Source: Candidatus Melainabacteria bacterium 17Bon1m
Lineage (GTDB): Bacteria; Cyanobacteriota; Vampirovibrionia; Obscuribacterales; Obscuribacteraceae
DNA length: 64,000 bases
Direction of reading: 5' to 3'
Assembly: GCA_032128875.1 (NCBI GenBank)
Contig: JAVLKG010000005.1
Coordinates: forward strand, 480,001 to 544,000
Positions 58,823 through 64,000 of this stretch are shown here, in pieces. The notes under the pieces were generated by a model, which saw only the letters and a list, made by a program, of their open reading frames with translations, was not told where the DNA came from and did not search any database. A program made the position numbers and the translations under genes. Numbering within the stretch: position 1 is the stretch's first letter; each line of letters opens with the position of its first letter.

Positions 58823-59308
58823 TCAGTTCTTCAGTTCTGACTGGATCTGCTTGATGCATTCATCAAGATTGGTTTGCGTGTCGCTTCTGATCAAATCGAG
58901 GTTGGAAAACCAGCTGACCTTTCCCGAGTGTACCGGCAGGCAGGAAATTTGCCATGCCTGCCCGACATACAGGTCTTTGTCCTTTCTTAGAAAAACCAGA
59001 TTTTGACCTTTTGGAAAATGGCACTGGGCGCATTTGAAATCTTCGCGTCCATGAATTTTGAATGATGCAGGCAGCTTGCCTTTAACTGATCTCTCGAGAT
59101 GCGCGTTGGAAACTTCGCCATAATTCCACTTGCCACTGGTCTGCTGAGAGACCGGCTCATCTAACGAAACGACTGCAATAAACTCGGCTTGCTTGATCAT
59201 CTCGCGTGCCGGTGGGTGATAGGCCTTCGCCAGCGATGCCGAAGAGGCGAGCAGGAAAGCGGCTGCCAGGACCAATGTGCGGCCGGTACCTGTTGTCCTT
59301 TTGGTCAT
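58823..59308 (-). CDS. Secreted hypothetical protein
   Basis: Signal peptide ending AKA; 161 aa; contains CAQCH. Confidence 0.7.
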   Translation of the reverse strand: MTKRTTGTGRTLVLAAAFLLASSASLAKAYHPPAREMIKQAEFIAVVSLDEPVSQQTSGKWNYGEVSNAHLERSVKGKLPASFKIHGREDFKCAQCHFPKGQNLVFLRKDKDLYVGQAWQISCLPVHSGKVSWFSNLDLIRSDTQTNLDECIKQIQSELKN

Positions 59309-59491
59309 TTCGCCTCTCCCGTGATTTTTTTCGATTGACCAGACTGCCCTACACTGACGCTTTTTTACTTTCAGCAGCTGCAGCTATTTCCAATTTTAAG
59401 GTGGGAAATTGAACTTTTTGCCTCTTGCAGACGTTTTCTAATAGTAGGGACATGCTGTCTCTGAAACTTCAAAACCCGGAGGGGCGGCGAG

Positions 59492-61132
59492 ATGCTTACA
59501 CCCCCTGTATTTCTGCTGCTCGCATCCCTGCACTTTGCTGTCGGCGCTTTGGTTTGCGCCTGCTTTCAAAGCTGGACATTGATCATCTTCCCGTCTTTGC
59601 TGGGTTTTCTCTTGGGCGCTCTGGTGCTATCTGGCAACTGCTGCCCTTTCGAGGGATCTCGCCGTTTTCCTTCACTTGTACTATGTCTGGTCCTTTTGGT
59701 CCTTCCGGCATTTGGGTTCTTCTATACAAGCCTTCGTCAGGTGCGTGCTTCCGATAAGGACCTGGCTCGGTTTGCCGGAAAACATGTATACATAGACGCT
59801 GCTGTTGAGTCTTGTCTTCCCTTGAGGAATGGCACAACCAAGCGCTTTACTTGCCAGGTCAAAAACGTCGCAATCAAGCGCAACAGGCGGTTTGAGGTAA
59901 TCAAATGCGATGGCACAACATTGCTTTTCATTCGAAAGAGTTCGCCATTTTTTGAAAAGCTGAATCGAAAGTCACATTTTCGCTGCTTGTGCAGAGTGGC
60001 TTCCATAGCTGATTTAGAAAGAGATGGCATGCAGGGCTATGCGAATTACCTGAAGCGAATGGGTGTTACGAGTCTGAGTTATCTTGATGGCGGAAGAAGT
60101 TTTCACTTTCTGCCTGATGAGAAGACCTCTTCAGCCGCTCTTCAAATTGCCGATGCCATTACCGACTGGACAGAGGCTCAACGTGGTCGGTTGATCTCAG
60201 CGCATATACGCAATCTTGGGTCTGATATAGGTTCTCTGCTTACTGCAATGGTTCTCGGTGAAAGGGCTGTAGGATTGAATTCTGATTTGCTGACTTCCTT
60301 TAGAGCGGTCGGTCTCTCTCATGTGCTGGCTGCTTCCGGATTTAACCTGACGGTCGTGACCTTGTCCACGCACTGGGTTTGTCGCGTACTAGGCCTTTCT
60401 GCAATCCCCACGAATTGCTTGAGTTTTGCGATGATGAGCGTGTTTGTACTCTTTGCCGGCAACAGCTCATCGGTTGTGCGAGCCAGTCTGATGTGCGCCT
60501 TAGCGATCGCTTGCAGCAGCCTGGGGCGCCGCGTCAAGATAGAGGGACTACTAGCATCAGCACTTTTGATCTGCACTATCGTGGATCCCTTATCCGTGGC
60601 TGATCCAGGCTTTCAGCTCTCCTACGTTGCTGTTTCCGGGATAGTATTTCTAGTTGCACCTATTGCTGATTTGTTTAAAGAGATCGTGCCTAACCGCTGG
60701 TTGCGTATGTTTCTCGATTGCTTACTAACTGTTTCAGTGGCTCAGGCATGCGTGTTGCCATTGCAATTTTTCTACTTCAGGCAGATAGGATTGTTGTTCT
60801 TGCCTGCAAATCTTTTGGCATCAATTGTGGTGACACCAGTGACGGTGGCAGGATTTGCATCATCATTGATATTGCTAGTCTGTCCGCCGGGGGTTTTTGC
60901 TGTGCCCTTTCACTTCCTTTCTATGCTTCTTGACTGGTTTGCGGCGATTCCTCTAAGGTTTCTCGTTTGGGTTGTCTCTGGCCTTTCTTCGTGCCCGGGG
61001 TCAGTTTTGAATGTTCCTCAAATTGGTGCATGGCTTGTTTTTCTCTACTATCTTTTGCTTGTTGTTTTATCTTTCGAGGTTTTGGCACGTCTTCGCGCAT
61101 ACAGCGACAGGCGCAGAAAAGAAGCTGACTAG
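59492..61132 (+). CDS. comEC: ComEC/Rec2 competence protein (no metallo-beta-lactamase domain)
   Basis: AMVLGE, GLSHVLAASGFN, SVVRASLM, DPGFQLSYVA, ANLL. Confidence 0.88.
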   Translation: MLTPPVFLLLASLHFAVGALVCACFQSWTLIIFPSLLGFLLGALVLSGNCCPFEGSRRFPSLVLCLVLLVLPAFGFFYTSLRQVRASDKDLARFAGKHVYIDAAVESCLPLRNGTTKRFTCQVKNVAIKRNRRFEVIKCDGTTLLFIRKSSPFFEKLNRKSHFRCLCRVASIADLERDGMQGYANYLKRMGVTSLSYLDGGRSFHFLPDEKTSSAALQIADAITDWTEAQRGRLISAHIRNLGSDIGSLLTAMVLGERAVGLNSDLLTSFRAVGLSHVLAASGFNLTVVTLSTHWVCRVLGLSAIPTNCLSFAMMSVFVLFAGNSSSVVRASLMCALAIACSSLGRRVKIEGLLASALLICTIVDPLSVADPGFQLSYVAVSGIVFLVAPIADLFKEIVPNRWLRMFLDCLLTVSVAQACVLPLQFFYFRQIGLLFLPANLLASIVVTPVTVAGFASSLILLVCPPGVFAVPFHFLSMLLDWFAAIPLRFLVWVVSGLSSCPGSVLNVPQIGAWLVFLYYLLLVVLSFEVLARLRAYSDRRRKEAD

Positions 61133-61167
61133 CAGCTTCTTTTCTGGCGGTTCATCAAAGAGCAATT

Positions 61168-62091
61168 CTAAAGGTTGTAATTTTCTGAGAAGACTCTGTG
61201 GTTCTTCGGGCGGTGCAGTAGCGTTGTGCCATCCGTCCAGTCAGCGGAGAATCGAATAGTGCCGTCTGGTCCTCTCTGAATTGAAACTTGAGGTCTTGAT
61301 GCGAACAGTCCGCGAATCCACACATCGTTGTGAACGAATTGATTTTGTTCGAAAACTTCGTGATAAGCGCTATGTTGCTGGTCTTTGGATAACTCGCTAT
61401 AGGCTTTGGCCAGGCGATCCAATTCGCGCTGTGCGGTTTCTTCATTGTAAGGAGAATATCTTTGAAACGAGCGTAATTCTTTGTTGAAGACTTCTAGATC
61501 TGCGGGGTTGCCTCTTTCCGCTGCGATAAGCCGTGGCTCTTCTTTTTTGAGTTCTTTCTTTTGCTCCGGCTGTCCATCAAGCTTTTCGCTGTTGTCTGTT
61601 TTTGGGAAAAATTGCGTGCGGTTGTATTTGCGCTCCAATTCATCAGCGTTTTCTGCAATCAATTCTTGCGACCGGACGTAGCCTCCTTTAACTTGTCGAG
61701 CTTGATAAAACTTGCCGTCTTGCCCTAGGACCACAACGTTTTCAGCTTTTGCTGCGTTGTCTCGCTTGCGGCCGATTGCGATGACAAGGTCGTCATTGCC
61801 GAGGTCTTTGTCACCATCTGCGGTGAGTCCTACGACTCTGCAGTTGCGCAAATTTGTTTTGTCATCTGTCACATCTAAGTTGGGTAGGACGTTGGAGGAG
61901 ATCAAACCATCTGTTGCGCCACGCAATTCTGCCCACTTCAAAGAGTTTTTTTGTGCTGCAGGAAGGCCATTCAAGGAGTTAAGTTCTGCGGCAAAAGTCT
62001 TCACGCACTCTTGCGAAACAGTGTGCTTTTCCTTATCCCACTGCTCCGCAAACTTTTGTCCTTGCTGGGTAGCTTCGGCTTTTGTAAGCAT
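61168..62091 (-). CDS. Hypothetical protein
   Basis: 307-aa ORF with AGGAGG RBS. Confidence 0.7.
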   Translation of the reverse strand: MLTKAEATQQGQKFAEQWDKEKHTVSQECVKTFAAELNSLNGLPAAQKNSLKWAELRGATDGLISSNVLPNLDVTDDKTNLRNCRVVGLTADGDKDLGNDDLVIAIGRKRDNAAKAENVVVLGQDGKFYQARQVKGGYVRSQELIAENADELERKYNRTQFFPKTDNSEKLDGQPEQKKELKKEEPRLIAAERGNPADLEVFNKELRSFQRYSPYNEETAQRELDRLAKAYSELSKDQQHSAYHEVFEQNQFVHNDVWIRGLFASRPQVSIQRGPDGTIRFSADWTDGTTLLHRPKNHRVFSENYNL

Positions 62092-62229
62092 CTAAATTCC
62101 TCCTGGCGCCAATAAACGCAAAACTAAATCGGTTCGTCGCTGACGATACCGATACGTTACGTATGGCGCGGATCAAGGTTGGGGCGTACTTGGGGCGATT
62201 TTGGGTCACCACTTTAAATGCTTTCAGTT

Positions 62230-62990
62230 TTACTTTTCGAAGAATTGAAAAATGTTGACTTGTCCGTAAAAAATCTCTGATGATTTTTTCGCTTTTTTGA
62301 ACGCTTGAAGATTGGGAAGCTTGAACTCATCAAGCTTTTGAACCTCTAACTTGATGGTCTCGAGTTGGTTGCGAGGACGTCCGATAGCATATGCTGTTTC
62401 CATCTTTAGCGGGATGCCTCCAAAAACCGGATTGTGCTCGATGCGCTTGAGTAGATGGCAGAAGGGTTGAGTAACCTCGGGCGTACTGAGGGAGAAAACT
62501 TGTGATTTTACAGACGTCTCGCCTTGCCTTTCAGGCACGTATACCATCTCAGTTCTGGCATACACACCTACTGTGCTGCGGTAGCGGTATTCATCCACCT
62601 CAAAACCAAAGAGTTTTTTCTTGCCGTAGAATTTCCAATACTTTTGTTCTAAGTCCAAGTCTGTGACAGTGTTTAGCGTTTTTGCGAGCCCATATTCAAA
62701 TTGTGAAATCGGGCACTGAAAGTAAGTTTTCTTTTGTGGGCAAACAAGCAGAACTTCCGGGTTTTTTACCCTCGAATCTATATATATAGCGTGCAACCCA
62801 TTTGCTTGATTTTGATGACAGAAATTCCCGTTGAAGCAAACAGCTCCAGAGGACCCAGCATGTGATGAGCCTGCAGTACGTGCAGGTAAGTAACCTTTTG
62901 TGCGGACCAGGCCGGGACCCATGCCACGGCGCAAGCAGCAATGGTTGAAAGTGCTATGAATACACATTTGCGCCGATTTGGAAGTCTCAT
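62230..62990 (-). pseudogene. Secreted hypothetical protein split by a frameshift at a (TA)5 tract
   Basis: Signal-peptide ORF 62990..62778 stops at ..CTLYI*; removing one TA unit at 62779-62788 fuses it to YIDSRVKNPEV.., ending at 62230. Confidence 0.7.
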
Positions 62991-63103
62991 CTTGATATGT
63001 GCTTCGTCGTCTCTTTACTTAGCTTTGCAGATATTGGCGATTGTGTCATTATTGACCGGAAACAAGCCGGTAATCTTGCCGGAATCCCGTCGGTACTTTA
63101 CTA

Positions 63104-63796
63104 ATGGCCAAGATTCTTTTGATTGAAGATGACCAACATTTGGCGGCATCTATAAAAGAACAGTTGGAAAATTCCAAACATGTAGTTGAGCATGTGGCAG
63201 AAGGCAAGGAAGGCTTCGACCGCCTCAAGCTTTATTCTTATGATGTCGCGATTTTGGATTGGGCGTTGCCGGATATGCAAGGTATCGATGTGCTCAGGCA
63301 ATTTCGAGACATCGGTGGAGTTACTCCAGTGCTGATGCTTACTGGTAAGGCTGACGTGGATTTCCGCTTAGAGGGCTTTTCTTCCGGTGCAGATGATTAT
63401 CTTACCAAGCCCTTCGATTTTAGAGAGTTGGCTTCGCGTTTGAATGCGCTTTTACGACGTCCTGCAAACTATTGCCCGAGCAATTTGACTATTGGCGAAT
63501 TGGAAATCGATATTGCTGCAAAAGTTGTGCGGCGCAAAGGCGTAAAGCTGAAGTTGTTGCCAAAGGAATTCGCTGTTCTTGAGTTTCTTGTGCGGCGCGC
63601 GGACAGTTTTTTTGATACTGAGGCTTTGCTTACGCACGTATGGAGCTCTGAGTCGGATGCATCGGAAGCTGCGGTTTGGCAGACTATCAAAAGATTGCGC
63701 AGCAAGCTTGATGTAGAGGGCGAGGAGTCAATAATTGTGAATGTCAAAGGCATGGGCTACAAAGTTGAAAAGGAACGGCTGAAAGCTCGTGACTGA
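63104..63796 (+). CDS. OmpR-family response regulator
   Basis: KILLIEDD, ILDWALP, LMLTGK, GADDYLTKPF, winged-helix C-terminus. Confidence 0.95.
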   Translation: MAKILLIEDDQHLAASIKEQLENSKHVVEHVAEGKEGFDRLKLYSYDVAILDWALPDMQGIDVLRQFRDIGGVTPVLMLTGKADVDFRLEGFSSGADDYLTKPFDFRELASRLNALLRRPANYCPSNLTIGELEIDIAAKVVRRKGVKLKLLPKEFAVLEFLVRRADSFFDTEALLTHVWSSESDASEAAVWQTIKRLRSKLDVEGEESIIVNVKGMGYKVEKERLKARD

Positions 63797-63832
63797 TTCT
63801 TAGATTTTTGGGGAGCCGCAAGACGAAATCGT

Positions 63833-64000
63833 ATGAAACTTTGGCAACGCCTGGCTCTTCTTGCTGTAATACCGCTGCTATTGCAATGCTATTTGTTGAC
63901 GCAGGTGAAGGCTGCTCAAGAAGAACTCGACCGTGCTTACGTGGAAGAGCGCCGGCAAAAAGACGTAATTATTCTCATCAGCAAAGCAATCAAATCAGCC
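63833..64000 (+). CDS. Probable sensor histidine kinase N-terminus (runs off the window)
   Basis: MKLWQRLALLAVIPLLLQCYLL TM segment directly after the response regulator; kinase domain not visible. Confidence 0.55.
   Translation, partial: MKLWQRLALLAVIPLLLQCYLLTQVKAAQEELDRAYVEERRQKDVIILISKAIKSA

Noticed and set aside
61790-61830. EF-hand-like DGDKDLGNDD in the 61168 ORF
   Set aside because: Single loop without a convincing helix-loop-helix context

Overview
This is a gene-dense bacterial chromosomal window of roughly 50% GC. Gene style (Ycf52-like GNAT, stand-alone rplI, many orphan secreted proteins) suggests a non-photosynthetic Cyanobacteriota (Vampirovibrionia/Obscuribacterales-like); this is inference only. 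Bases 1-29.2 kb form a large cell-surface glycan locus: cysD-cysNC (PAPS supply, with no sulfate-reduction genes in the window), a sulfotransferase, two DUF4915/TIGR03032-like proteins, five large GT-C/YfhO-like membrane proteins, GT2s, three GT4-like proteins sharing a C-terminal tail (two look catalytically degenerate), an MBOAT acyltransferase, wzm/wzt and two paralogous lipoproteins. The rest holds housekeeping and accessory genes: sbcD, a CDF transporter, rlmD, rplI, a Gld-like ABC module, a TadG-like protein, an orphan czcA with a possible leader ORF, xseAB, a degenerate PD-(D/E)XK protein behind a palindromic operator, hutI, a His-rich protein, an aldo/keto reductase, FNR, an NrdR-boxed nrdJ-dcd operon, a 958-aa repeat-bearing orphan, comEC, a gene frameshifted at a (TA)5 tract and a two-component pair. 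I recognised no rRNA, tRNA, CRISPR array or transposase. All calls come from motif recognition by eye; no database searches were run.
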